Below, piece by piece: positions 14,691-27,030 of a stretch of DNA of 64,000 nt. Within the stretch, counting starts at the first letter, position 1, and every line of letters begins with the position of its first letter. Both the position numbers and the translations under genes were made by a program. Origin of the DNA: the human T2T-CHM13v2.0 reference genome, Homo sapiens; NCBI RefSeq assembly GCF_009914755.1, contig NC_060928.1, one strand, 5' to 3'. The notes under the pieces were generated by a model. It saw nothing but the letters and a program-made list of their open reading frames with translations. It was not told where the DNA came from and searched no databases.

Positions 14691-15797
14691 TGCATATGTG
14701 CTTGATTCCTACTTTTCATTTCGTCACCTGGGAAAACTGCAAGCCCAGCAGAGAAGCTACTATATTTACCACAATGTAACACAGTGCCACACGGACAGAA
14801 GTTTACAAACTGAGAAGCCTTACTTAGAGAACTATGGCATGGAGAAAGCAGGTAAGGGCTCCAGAGTCCCAAGAAATGTTGTGACCACTGGTTGACCAGA
14901 AGATACTACGAGTTAAGATGAAGAAGTCACAGAATGCAGGAACTTACTACCATATCTAGAACCTTAGACTTCAGTAATGAATGCCATTACATACCAAGAA
15001 AAAACAATTATGCCCAACTTTATCTCAGTAGGCTACAGTTCAACATAACCAGGGCCCAGATGGGACCAATCACACTTCATCTGATATTCTTGGAAGTCAA
15101 GAGATAGCACCTGGACAAGGGAACTCTCTTCCAATGATGAGATGATCAGTAATATTTCTTTTGCACTCAGACGCTATCTTAGATAGGTAGGAGGAAAAGC
15201 AACAAAACCCTTTTACAATAAGAGACAAAGTCTTGATTGTCACTTTCAACATTAGACTGAGTATTTATGTAAAAGGCACTAAGTTGAAAAATAATTAAAG
15301 CAAAAGAAACTGCAAAAAACATAAGTTTGAGTTCTATTGCTACTAACATTGCAAGCGAGAACGTGAGTTCACTTAAATGAGATATAACTTCTAAATTTCC
15401 ATTTTGCTCTACTTACAGAATGCATTGTTCCTGATAAGGCTCATTTTTTTCCATATGTAACATTATACCTAGCACAAAGAAGCTGCCTTCTATACATTTG
15501 TTGAATGACAAAGTAAATGAGTAACTAATGCTGATTTAGGAAAGGTAACAAATTAGTGATTAACTTCTAACATGTCCTCTTAACTGTTAGCCACAAATCA
15601 CTATTTCTACACCTCCTCCCATCTCTGTTCTCCATGTCCATGTCACAAAGTTCAATCCAACTGATTTTTTTTAATTTCACAGAATTTTAAAATATCAGCC
15701 ATATGTTTTCACTAAAATCCATAGAGACAAAACCATGCTACCAGCCAGCATTTGCTCTTTGTTTCAATGTACAGTATCCTATATTTGAGCCATATGA

Positions 15798-16117
<320 letters not shown>

Positions 16118-16289
16118 GAGAATTTTTAAAAATGTAGTGTTTCCTTATTTTCCCAAGACTTGATGGAGGATGGGTAAAGGGATGCATAAAAGCACATTTA
16201 CCTTTTGTACTAGAAAAGGCCTGGGGTCCATATCTGGACTATCTGATCTTTTCCAATATGTGTAAATTTCTTAAAAACAAATGAGGATT

Positions 16290-16630
16290 GGCTGGGCATG
16301 GTGGCTCATGCCTGTAATCCCTGCAATTTGGGAGGCCAAGGTGGGACGATCACGAGGTCAGGAGTTCGAGACCAGCCTGACCAACATGGTGAAACACCAT
16401 CTCTACTAAAAAAATAAAACATTAGCCAGGCATGGTGGCATGCGCCTGTAATCCCAGCTACTCAGGAGACTGAGGCAGGAGAATTGCTTGAACCCGGGAG
16501 GTGGAGGTTGCAGTTAGCTGAGATTGGCAACTGCACTCCAGCCTGGGTGACAGATCAAGACTCTGTCTGAAAAAGAGGAAAGAAAGAAAGAAAGAAAGAG
16601 AGAAAAAGAAAGAAAGAAAGAAAGAGAGAA
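16290..16630 (+). mobile_element. Alu (AluSg-like) with (GAAA)n tail
   Basis: gatcacgaggtcaggagttcgagacc; tail expanded to GAAA repeats at about 16570-16630. Confidence 0.96.
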
Positions 16631-17766
16631 AGCAAGCTTACTTTTTTTAGGTTCATCTCACAATATTCTTACAAAATATAAGATTTCTACAAAACCTAAG
16701 ATTTATAAAATCTAAGAAAGCTGAAAGGCAAACTCAAGCATTAAAAAGTGGAACTTTAGAAAATCACAGAATGTTATCCATTTCTCCACTATTATATCAT
16801 TTTAAGTTAGCAGATGTCAATCAAATATTTTCCAGATAAGACAGTCATAGTGCCACATGTTGGAAGAAACAAAAACTGGGTTGGACAATCCTGTCCCCAA
16901 ATGTGCATAGGCTATTTTAATGTATTTTTTATTTTTCAATGATTCTTCATAAATTCTTTGTCCTTCACAACAAAGTTCTTTTGGCAAAACACTAAGGAGA
17001 TAAAATGTATTCAGTACAGACATGAGATAGGACAAAATAATATGATGGGGGAAGGGACATTGGAGAGGAGAGGAGAAATGAGCACTCGGGAGAGAGGAAA
17101 GAAATAGAATGATCCTCAACAATCTATTTTTACTTGACCTTTGAAGGACTCTGGTTATATATTCTTTTCTCTATCTTGCCCTAACCCTTCTAAAATTATT
17201 AATAAAATAAAATTATAGGCATAAAATACTACCTAACTTAACTTTAAAATCAATATTATGAGAGATTAACAAAATAGCCAATTTTCCTAAGTAATCTTAA
17301 CTCAATTAAGCACTTTTCATTAAACATTTTGACTTGTTAGGGGACAACTAAAACTGTCTGCGATAATAACACTATAGTATTTTTTATAATGTGAATCAGC
17401 AGGACATTAAAACCTAACTTTCTCTAATCTTCCTAAACATCATATCTGAAGTGAAATATGTGTTAAATATATATATGCACATAAAGTGGTAAGAATTTAT
17501 TTAAGTAAAAGTAATCCTTTAAAGAATGGAGTATGAAAAAATAAAATGAATATGCAAATTTTTGGAAGATATTTTGTATATTCAAATTACATATTTGAAC
17601 GTATATGCACACGTCATTAACACATATATATGTCATTAACCTTTACTATAATTCTTTCAGAAGTTATGATGATATAAATTACATTTTAAAATAAAAAAGA
17701 AACTCTTGTGAATGTCAAACACATTTGCCTTCACTGTTGTACTGCATGCTAACATATCTTAAAAGT

Positions 17767-18068
17767 GGCCGGACATGGTGACTCCCGTCTGTAATCCCAG
17801 CACTTTGGGAGGCCGAGGCAGTCAGATCGCTTAAGCCCAGGATATTGATACCAGCCTAGGTAATATAGCAGGACCCCATCTCTATAGAAAAAAATACAAA
17901 AAATTAGCTGTTTGTAGTGGTGCATCTCTGTCGTCCCAGGTACTCGAGAGGCTGAGGTGGGAGGATCCTTTGAGCAGGGGAGGGAGAGGTTGCAGTGAGC
18001 TGTGATCACGCCACTCACTGCACTCCAGCCTGGGCGACAGAGTGAGATCCTGTCTCAAACAAACAAAA
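17767..18068 (+). mobile_element. Alu (AluJ-like)
   Basis: Dimeric Alu, cttaagcccagg and gaggatcctttgagc J-type motifs. Confidence 0.93.
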
Positions 18069-18074
18069 ATACCA

Positions 18075-18440
18075 ATGTAATATGTGGAAACATTATTGAG
18101 CAATAAAAAGAAATAAAGTATTAAGACATGCTACAACATACATAAACCTCAAAAACTTTATGCTAAGGAAAATAAAGAGGCACAAAAGACCACTTTATTG
18201 TGATTCAATTTACATGAACTCTCCACCAAAAGCAAAGGCATAGAAACCAGAGTAGTTTAGTGACCGTAGATATGGACACATGGAGTCTTTCGGGTGTGAT
18301 GAAAATGTTCTAAAATTGGATTGTTACAATGCTTGCACAACTCCATAGATGTAATGAAAATAATTGAATCGTATACTTAAAATATATACATAACAATATT
18401 ATGACATGTAAATGACACCTTAATAAAGCTATTTTTAAAA
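18075..18440 (+). mobile_element. Old L1M 3' UTR (L1MB/L1ME-like)
   Basis: catgctacaacatacataaacctcaaaaactttatgctaag...gaaaatgttctaaaattggattg...aataaagctattttt. Confidence 0.8.
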
Positions 18441-18668
18441 TCTGACCATTTACTCTTGGATAAAATTGTCAAATATTTAGACTACACAGAAAGGAGAAAA
18501 ATGTATAACAACAGAATACTTAAATTTTGGAAACATTTTTGTGGTTTTTTTATTCTTTGAAAAAGCACCCTTTCCGAGGAGTATGTAAACATGTAACTTC
18601 TTTAGGTTAAATGGAGAAAAATGTATCCTTTGATAAAGAGGATAAATCAACATTAAACATCGTTTAAG

Positions 18669-18838
18669 GGAACAGTCAGAGTTAGCATTTATTTATTTAA
18701 CAAATATTTATTGAGCATCTACTAAGAGCCAGGTCACGTTTTAAGCACTGGGGATAAACATGTAAAAAAAAAAAATTAGTTTTAAGGCTTTTAATTTTTT
18801 CTCCATTGTTTCCAAACCTTCAGTGAAACTACACTTAA
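18669..18838 (+). repeat. Direct duplication A, copy 1 (contains an antisense L2 tail)
   Basis: Aligns by eye with 19219-19383. Confidence 0.95.
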
Positions 18839-19218
18839 CTTCTGTAAAATCCAAGCTGCTTTTTAATGAAATATTTTAATTAAGCATGTCACTTTTTTAA
18901 CTTTTTTTTTTTTTTCTTTTTCATTTAAGATGCCTTTTTCAGATCATTCCCATTCTCATTAAACTTCACACGGATCATGACTTTTCTGTTCTCACAAATG
19001 CACCCCAACTCAGTCTCAGGGCAAGACCAGCTCTTTTTGTGCAATGGTAGGGTTTACCTAATTTGGGTTGGAATTTTCAATACATGACTGAGAGAATGTT
19101 TCAGTCTACTTAGTAGGAACCTTAACAAGAAAAGTGGACCTCAGTACAGTGATGTTATGCTAGGAAATGGGTGTGTCTGTGAGGAAATTTTAGAAAAAGG
19201 TATGATTTACTTTTCCTA

Positions 19219-19383
19219 GGAATAGTCAGACTTAGCGTTTATTTATTTAACAAATATTTATTGAGCATCTACTATGAGCCAGGCAATGTGTTAAGCCACG
19301 GGAATAAATATGTAAAAAAAAAAAAAATTAAGGCTTTTATTTTTTCTTCATTATTTCCAAACCTTCAGTGAAACCACACTTAA
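19219..19383 (+). repeat. Direct duplication A, copy 2
   Basis: ggaatagtcagacttagcgtttatttatttaacaaatatttattgagcatctacta...ccaaaccttcagtgaaaccacacttaa. Confidence 0.95.
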
Positions 19384-19888
19384 TGACCTTTTTAGCAGCA
19401 TTGTGACTAATTAAAAAAGGGACCATACCAATGGTTGGGAAAGGCTAATGAAACCAAGTACAGTCTTCCCTACACTGCACTTCCTCCGTGGTCCCTCAGA
19501 GGTAGGGTACAGTAGTGAGAACTTCTAGGGGATACCCTGCAGGGAGCAGGCTTGGTCTTCAGCAGAAACGCACTCTGAGCAAGGGTAACTCGAAGGGACT
19601 GACTGAGAAGCAATGGTGCTCAATTATGAGGTTCAGATAAATCACCTGCAGACTCATTAAACTAAATCCCCAGGATCCAGTCTCAGAAAGATGAATACAG
19701 TAGAAGGAGTGAGTAGGAGCTAGGTCTTGACATGATAGGCATAAGAACTGTCCGCGTAGGGCAGAAGCAGGAAATGAATTTCGAGGAAGAGTTAGCCGTC
19801 CTCTTTTTCAAAGTCCTTAAGAAAACTGACAGCCAGAAACCATCATAGCCAACATGAATTCTCTTTCCAAGTTGTAAACAAATAAAGG

Positions 19889-20522
19889 CATACCAGCTAT
19901 ATAGGTTTATGAAGCTGTAGGCTGATTTTCATGGCAGCCAAAGTAAGCATAAGTCATATGAATTGTTCTTATAACTTAAAAAAAATGTTTTAAACATAAA
20001 TTAAGCCGCAAGAATGGAGGGTAAAGGAGAGAGTATTTTTTTTATTAATTAAAGGGAAATTTGATACAGTGCTTGAGCAGTGACAAATACGGTAACCTGG
20101 AGAAACTGGGGCTGGCAGTATCTGAGTGGGCTTTTAGAGGGGTAGGACTCGGTCAAATGGATGGTAAAACAAAACAATGATTATTACAGGCATAGTGCTG
20201 TCTCTGTCATTTTCTCATGCTGTTCCTTCTGAGTCAGAGAATGACATCGTATAGTCGTTTTTAAAGTAGGAATTACTTGCATGCAATCCTTTTTAAATGT
20301 AATGTCTTGTTTTGCCAGTAACACAATTGTCCAGTAGGCTCATTAGACCACCAGGACACTGATAGAGTTCCACAGCTGAGGGAGGCATAAAAGTCAACCC
20401 AAATAAAAGTTAAGTTTCTTCAACTGATATTTTTTACATAAGAATAATTCATATGACTTCAGGTTACTTTGGCCAGCATTAAAATCAGCCTGCAGGCTTC
20501 AAAAACCACTACAGCTGACATG
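19889..20522. repeat. Degenerate inverted repeat (arms about 19889-19972 and 20438-20522), possible ancient MITE or palindromic DNA element
   Basis: Manual alignment of the left arm to the reverse complement of the right arm gives about 69/85 identities, including a 21/22 block aagtcatatgaatt(g/a)ttcttat. Confidence 0.85.
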
Positions 20523-20804
20523 AGGGATGATGCCCACAATGACACTTGGTGGTGGGAGGAAGCTATCATGGAATCGCAATATTTGGGCAATTTACAACGC
20601 GATGCCCATAGACGCAATTGAAATTGGTAACATCCAGATTTCATTTATGGTGGTATGCTTGCTGACTAGCCACAAGGAAAGATGATATCCTGTGATGGAA
20701 ATGGTAGGAATCAAGGTGCACATTTTCTAGGATGATTTTAAGCTTAGCTAAGCCTGTACAATAAGGAGGACAGACTAGACTCATTTCTGAAATGCTATTT
20801 GATT

Positions 20805-21722
20805 GTTTTTATGAAATAGACTTTATTTTTTAGAGAAGTTTTAGATTCACAACAAAATGGAATGAAGAGTAGAGAGTTCCCATATACTCTCTGCCCCCAC
20901 ACAAGCACCTACCCCATTATCAATATCTTATACCACAATGGTATACTGGTTACAATGGATGAACTTAGATTAATACATCATTATCACCCAAAGTCCACAG
21001 TTTACATTAGGGTTCATGCTTGATACTCTACATTCTATAGGTTTTGACAAATATGTAATGACATATATCCACTATTATAGTATCATACAAAATAGGTTCA
21101 CTGCCTTAAAAATCCTCTGTGCGCCGCCTATTCATTGATTTCTCTCTACTCTTCCCTGGCAACCAATGAACTTTTTACTGTCTTCAAAGTTTTGACCTTT
21201 CAAGAATGTCATATAGTTGGCAGCATACATTACACAGTTACACAGTCTTTTCAGAGTAGCTTCCTTCACTTAGTCATATGCATTTAAGGTCCCTCCATTT
21301 CTTTTCATGACTTGATAACTCATTTTTTTTTAGCACTGAATAATATTCCATTGCCTGGATGCACCACAGTTTATCCATTCACTACTGAAAAATATCCTGT
21401 TTCTTCCAAGTTTTGGCAATTATGCATAAAGCTGCCATACACACTCACTAGTAGGTTATTGTGTAGACATAGGTTTTCAGCTCCTTTAAGTAAAGGCAAA
21501 GGAGTGTGATTGATGGATCATATGATAAGAGTATGTTTAGTTTGATAGGAAGCTGCCCAACTGTCTTCCAAAGTGGCTGTACCATTTTGCCTTCCCAACA
21601 ACAGTGAATGAGAGTTCCTGTTGCTCCACATCCTCAACAGAATTTAGTGTTCTGGATTTTGGTAATTCTAGTGATGTGTGTAATAGTGTCCCATTTTTGT
21701 TTTAATTTGCAATTTCTGAATA
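20805..21722 (-). mobile_element. L1MC (L1MC1-like) 3' end
   Basis: agactttattttttagagaagttttagattcac...catcattatcacccaaagtccacagtttacattagggttca. Confidence 0.88.
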
Positions 21723-22639
21723 ACTTTTTTATTCTGATAATTTATAATTCTGCAAATTTATTTATTTAGCCCTCAAACTGGGAAGGAAATTATTTTTAAA
21801 ACCCGTATCTTTAATTATTTGATGATTTATTCTTACCAAATCAAAGTTCCTAACTTTTCTTTCAATACAACTGTGTCCAATGTAACATTAATTAAGCATT
21901 TTTAATCCTGATCTTTCTGTTCATTTAATCCAGTATGCACTGAGCATCTATCTATTATCAGTCACTGTGAAGATAAAGCAATTTCCCTTAAAAGAAAATT
22001 ATAAAATCATCATTTTTGACAAGGCTGATATACTTTGGTACCAATGACAAACCTAAGATAGTATCTTGTGCATAATGTTTTTAGCATTAGCAGAATTAAT
22101 GTGGTTTTCTCCTCCTCTGGACTTTTATCAGGCTTGTGTTTTTATCTAGTACAATTTATTTCCCTATTGACATATCTTTTATCTTAATGAACTAAAATAT
22201 TAACATGATTCAATACAAACAGTAGTCTATTCTTGCATCACGTTTTATACTTACTAGCATGTATTTTAATCATTGCCACAAAATTTCAAAGTGATAACGG
22301 CTTTTACAAATTACTTTCCTTCAAAGAGAAGGTAAAAAGAAGAAACTCTCCCTTGATAAGGGAGGGTTTATCAGTGGTATTCTATTAGCAAAGTAGAAGA
22401 GATCAGAACAGTATGGGGGGGTGGGGTCATGCAATTACCTTTGAGGAAGTAAGCCATATACCCGCTATCAACATAGTACAGCCATACTTATGACAGTGAA
22501 GAATCCTCAATTACATCAACCTGCCCCGGCTCAGTTCTATGGGTGATGCTTCAAAAGCCATTTTAAAAATATCACTCAAGTAGATATTAGCATAATTTAG
22601 CCATTATTTATGAAGGGTTTAGGGTATGTCAACTGTTCT

Positions 22640-22845
22640 TCCTTTTTAATCTTTAATCCTTACAATAGCCTCCGAAGGTTAAAGTCACTATAGATAAAAA
22701 TGGAACACTAATAGGTAAGAAATCTGAGTCTCAGAGAGGCTTAGTAACTTACCCAAGGTCATTGAGGTGGCTAAGTGGCTAACCTAGGAGTCGAAATCCA
22801 AATAGATGGTAAACTCAGCTCTTTTCACCCACACTATACTGCTTC
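22640..22845 (-). mobile_element. MIR
   Basis: tttaatccttacaatagcc...ctgagtctcagagaggcttagtaacttacccaaggtc. Confidence 0.75.
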
Positions 22846-22849
22846 TAAA

Positions 22850-24088
22850 TTGGATCATGGAATACGAGTGTGGAGCCAAAGATAAAAATAGTTACGCAAT
22901 TTCAAATAAATCCAAAGACTTTCCAAAAAAAAAAGGCATTGATTTAAGGTTTTATTTACAGAAAAACTTCAAACAAAACATCAAAGCAATGTAAAAAATG
23001 GAATGGAATATGCTTCTGGTGTGCATTTCTTACCAGAACTATTTCATTCAATAATAAAAAATATGGAGGCTGAGGTTGATTGTCACAAACTTGCCATGAG
23101 CATTTCTTCAATAATATATATTGAATTAAAGAGGAACGAAGGAGAAGGGCAAGGATATCCAATAAATTTAAAAAAAAAGGAAAAGTAAGGAATATAGAAC
23201 TGTGTCTATGAAGATACATAAGAACATCAAAGAGGACCATGAAAAATTCAGGGAAAAGTTAAGAGTCTGAAGAACCAAAGGATATTCTAACTAAATTCAA
23301 GAAAGCTTTTCTTGAGAACATTCCAACCACGAAAAAGTGAAATATGGAACAAATCATAAAGGCAAAAAGGGCATAAGCAAAATAATTATTTTTATAACCT
23401 CCATAGTACCAACCATAATTCTTTAGTTTGCTTTGACGTCGACCCTTCCGAGGCTTGATGTTATGAATATTTATATACTGCATAATGATAGCAAAAGACA
23501 TTCATAAATGGTAGTCAATGATGTTCAGACATTTATAAATGTAGAACTGGTCTCCAAAGGCAATTTGGTCATAGATTACATGCTATGTATCCCAGAAATT
23601 ATCCAGATAAGGTTGACATATTACCAGAGAGGTACAGAGCATGAGTTAGCACTAAAATGATGCAGAATGGGGATACCTAAGAAAATATAGGAGGATATTC
23701 AAATAGGGATTGAATTCCAAGATAGATTAATATTTTATGGACATATAGCCAATGGATTACAATGATTAAAGACTGAACTACCACTGCCAGGACAGATTAG
23801 TGTCCACGAACCCCATTTCTAATGAGAAACACAGATAGGGAACATTTTAGGAAAAAAAAAAGTGACTAATGATCTTAATCACAATGTTTGGTACAGTTGA
23901 CCCCAAACCACAATGATTAGTCATTTAATAAAAAGCTACTGATAAATAATATTTCTCTAGTTACTGATCAATAATAATGGAGTGCAAATATGACTAAATG
24001 CCCTATACCTGCCCTATTGTTCTCATAATCTCATTAAAGAACAAAGATATAAGAATATTCATAGTGTATTCAATGTGTGAAAATGGAA

Positions 24089-24133
<45 letters not shown>

Positions 24134-24860
24134 CTCCTAGAAGCACACACATATGGTGGCAGAAACAGTAACCTAATTGTTTACTGGAGAAAACCACATC
24201 AAGACATTATTCCATGTGAAACTGAATAACTCCAAATAAAGCGAGGAAAAGTGTAGATTAGGTTCAAGTTGCTCAATGAATAATCACACTTATTTCTCCC
24301 AAGAGCCCGATAAACATTGTTAGTCTACATTGCTTCTCAATCTTTGACCATAAAAAAGCACCTCAATTTAGCAAAGCACAATGGTTCCCACAAAGTACTT
24401 AAGGAAATCAGAATTGATTCTACTTATATTGATTTTGGGGAAGATATGTGCTACAAATGTGGAACAAAAATTATGATGTTCAACAGTCCTAATGAGTGCG
24501 TCTATTTACAAGTGCAAAACAAGGAGATACAATCTTGTTGAAATTTTAGTATCTCTGCTCAAATTAGCTGGGAAAAAGACCAGTACCAAAGGCGAAGCAA
24601 ATGATTTTTCTGCATTGTGCTTACAAATGATGCTCAATGAATGGAAGGTGAAAAACCAGACATAAAATTCCTGGAGGAAAAATTTAGGAAGGCAAATTGA
24701 TGTGTAATCAATAGCTCCATCAATGTGCACCAGCATTCTTGGTAAAAGCAAACAAATAAAAAACACCAAGATCAAAGCAAAGAATTTAAGAGTAGCAGGC
24801 TACAAACAGAAGGTAACATGGACCAGGTCAGATAGTTGAACCACAGTTATAATCAGGCTG
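22850..24860 (+). mobile_element. Decayed Gypsy/Ty3-like LTR retrotransposon internal region (MamGyp-like)
   Basis: A-rich plus strand with frameshifted motif remnants in gag-PR-RT-RH order: GKKGH-like (about 23361), VVNDVQTFINV.TG.Q.NLV (23508-23570), NGVQI*LN (23976), NLIVY..GENH..NSK*SEEKCRLG (24160-24263), VLTNDA (24617). Confidence 0.55.
24091..24129. repeat. (TA)n microsatellite
   Basis: Direct inspection. Confidence 0.97.
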
Positions 24861-25229
24861 ATTTTTTTTTTAGTAGTGCCATCGTCATTCTATTACCAGA
24901 ATAGATGATTATCAACTCCAGCCTAAGTTTCATTTCTGAATTCTGAAACAAGGTCTCTTGCAAGGGAGGCAGAAGAATCTCTAGATCGAAGGATCAGCCA
25001 TACCTAAGTCTTTCTGTCATCTCAAAGGTTAACCTTGTGTAGTAGATTAACTTACTGACCCCAATTCTTTCACCTATCATAAAATTGTGTACCAATATTA
25101 TTGCCTTATAGTAGGTGGAGTATAATTTACTATATGAAGAAATGAGATTCGCTTAAACCAACAGGATATTAAAAGACATGATGCAAGCTGAAGCTTGAAA
25201 TATACATACGTAACTAAGTTTTCTGTTAT

Positions 25230-25629
25230 GATTTAGTGATCAGCCATCAAAAGAACATTCCCTAGGAACTGTTGTCTATTCAGTCTGAGCCCAAGGACAA
25301 AAATATATGGGGCTGGGTGCAGTGGCTCATGCCTGTAATCCCAGAACTTTAGGAGGCCAAGGTGAGAGGAACACTTGAGACCAGGAGTTCGAGGCCAGCC
25401 TGGGCAAAATGGCAAGACCCCCATCTCTATTAAAAAACAAACAAAGAAACAAACATAAAATAGACCTAAACTGAACCTCTAGCCTTTAGCCACACCTAGC
25501 TAACCCGCAATGTGAAGAAGAGCTATAGCTTCAGCCAATTTAGATCAGACAAAATGAGTGTGAGAATAAATACTCATTGTAGTTTGGAGTTGGTTCTCAG
25601 CATTATTGTGGCTATAGCTGACTGATACA
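25230..25629 (+). mobile_element. MaLR LTR fragment (MLT1G/H-like), split by a FLAM
   Basis: cagtctgagcccaagg...[FLAM]...agacctaaactgaacc...gagaataaatactcattgt...cattattgtggctatagctgactgataca. Confidence 0.7.
25311..25460 (+). mobile_element. Free left Alu monomer (FLAM-like)
   Basis: Left monomer only, followed by an A-rich tail. Confidence 0.9.
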
Positions 25630-25889
25630 CATACTCCTAGGTGTCAGTAATTGGTACCTTAATTATCTTCTCTTCTCAATCATGCCCCAGCCTTCTAGTC
25701 TATCTCCAATAACCGGGTTTATCCTCTGCTATAGCCAATTTCCTTCCTAATCTGAATCTCTTTAGCTGGATATTTGCTAACACTTGTCACACTTTCCCGA
25801 TATTCTGCCTAATGAAACTTACTATCGACTTGCTTCCATATAAATAATTATCAACTGATTTATAAATAATACAAGACAAATAACAATTA

Positions 25890-26140
25890 TTAATATTATC
25901 ATTTGTTAATAAAGAGTTACAGGTCAGGCACATTTAAATATGTGTTTTGTTTAACTTTCACAATACTGCAAGGCTGATTTTATAATCGGTATTTTCTGGG
26001 TTCAATTTCTTTATTCTTTACTACTATTTTTATTCCAGGCTCTCAGCTCAGAAGTAACCTGCCCAAGATATCCCAGACAGCTGGAAGAGATGCCAGGATT
26101 CAAACCCAGATGCTGCTATTCATGCTCTTCTATGTCACAT
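25890..26140 (-). mobile_element. MIR
   Basis: tttaactttcacaatactgcaagg, gtaacctgcccaagatatccca, ggattcaaacccaga. Confidence 0.65.
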
Positions 26141-26485
26141 TGTTTAAACCTCAGCATGACGTTTTCAAGTAGTAAAACAGATATTCATGTTACAATTGAA
26201 TAATTTTTAAGGATAAGATTTGTCCATTACATAGATCTAAGGATACTGATAAAATTCCTTTTCTCACCTGAAAGACAGTATAAACCATGTTATTTGGCAA
26301 GTAAGGTCAGAGGCATAAAGAGGGTTGGATAAGGGACAATTCTCATAAAAAATGTTATCAATTGAATATATTCTAAGAAAAATTAATAGTAAGGTTTTAG
26401 AATTTGAACTTTTTTTCTACCTGGGAAACTGCCTAGAAACATTAGCATCATGTAACATTTGAGTGCTGGGACTCTGGGACCATAT

Positions 26486-26827
26486 AGGACCCTCTCCCCA
26501 CCCAGGACCACTCTGTGGCCTGTTAGGAACCGAGCAGCACAGCAGGAGGTGAGTGGCAGGCAAGTGAGCATTACTGCCTGAGCTCTGCCTCCTGTCAGCT
26601 CAGCGGTGGCATTAGATTCTCACAGGAGCATGAACCCTGTTGTGAACTGTGCCATGCCGGGGATCTATGTTGCACGATCCTGAGGAGACTCTAATGCCTG
26701 ATGCAACAGTTTCATTCCAAAACGATCCCCGCCCCCCTCCCCACAACCCTGTCTGTGGGGGGAAAAAAAAAAAAAAAGGCTTTCCATGAAACCAGTCCCC
26801 GGTGGCGAAAAGGTTGGGGACCACCGA
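26486..26827. mobile_element. MER1B (hAT-Charlie non-autonomous element)
   Basis: gtggcctgttaggaaccg...gcattagattctcacaggagcatgaaccc...aaaaggttggggaccac. Confidence 0.9.
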
Positions 26828-26829
26828 TA

Positions 26830-27030
26830 GAGAACTGAGTTCAAATTCTGTGTCTAACTTTTTCTGGCTGGGTGTTCTAGATAAGTTACTGCTTTCTTGA
26901 CACCTTAGTTTTCTCATCTGTAAAACAGGTCTAAGAGAAGTAATAACTTCATAGAGTTGTTGAGGGAGTTAGATGAAAAGTGTCTTGTAATTTAGCACAG
27001 TATCCAGAACAGGTATATTGTGGTCATCTC
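26830..27030 (+). mobile_element. MIR (host of the MER1B)
   Basis: gagttcaaattctg...cttagttttctcatctgtaaaa MIR core. Confidence 0.8.

Noticed and set aside
16668-16717. Three degenerate ~17-bp units (tacaaaa..taagatt)
   Set aside because: Short AT-rich slippage repeat with no further structure.
20463-20621. Plus-strand open stretch VTLASIK...WWWEEAIMESQ as a coding exon
   Set aside because: Weak acceptor, ends in a stop, no recognisable homology, and overlaps the right arm of the inverted repeat.
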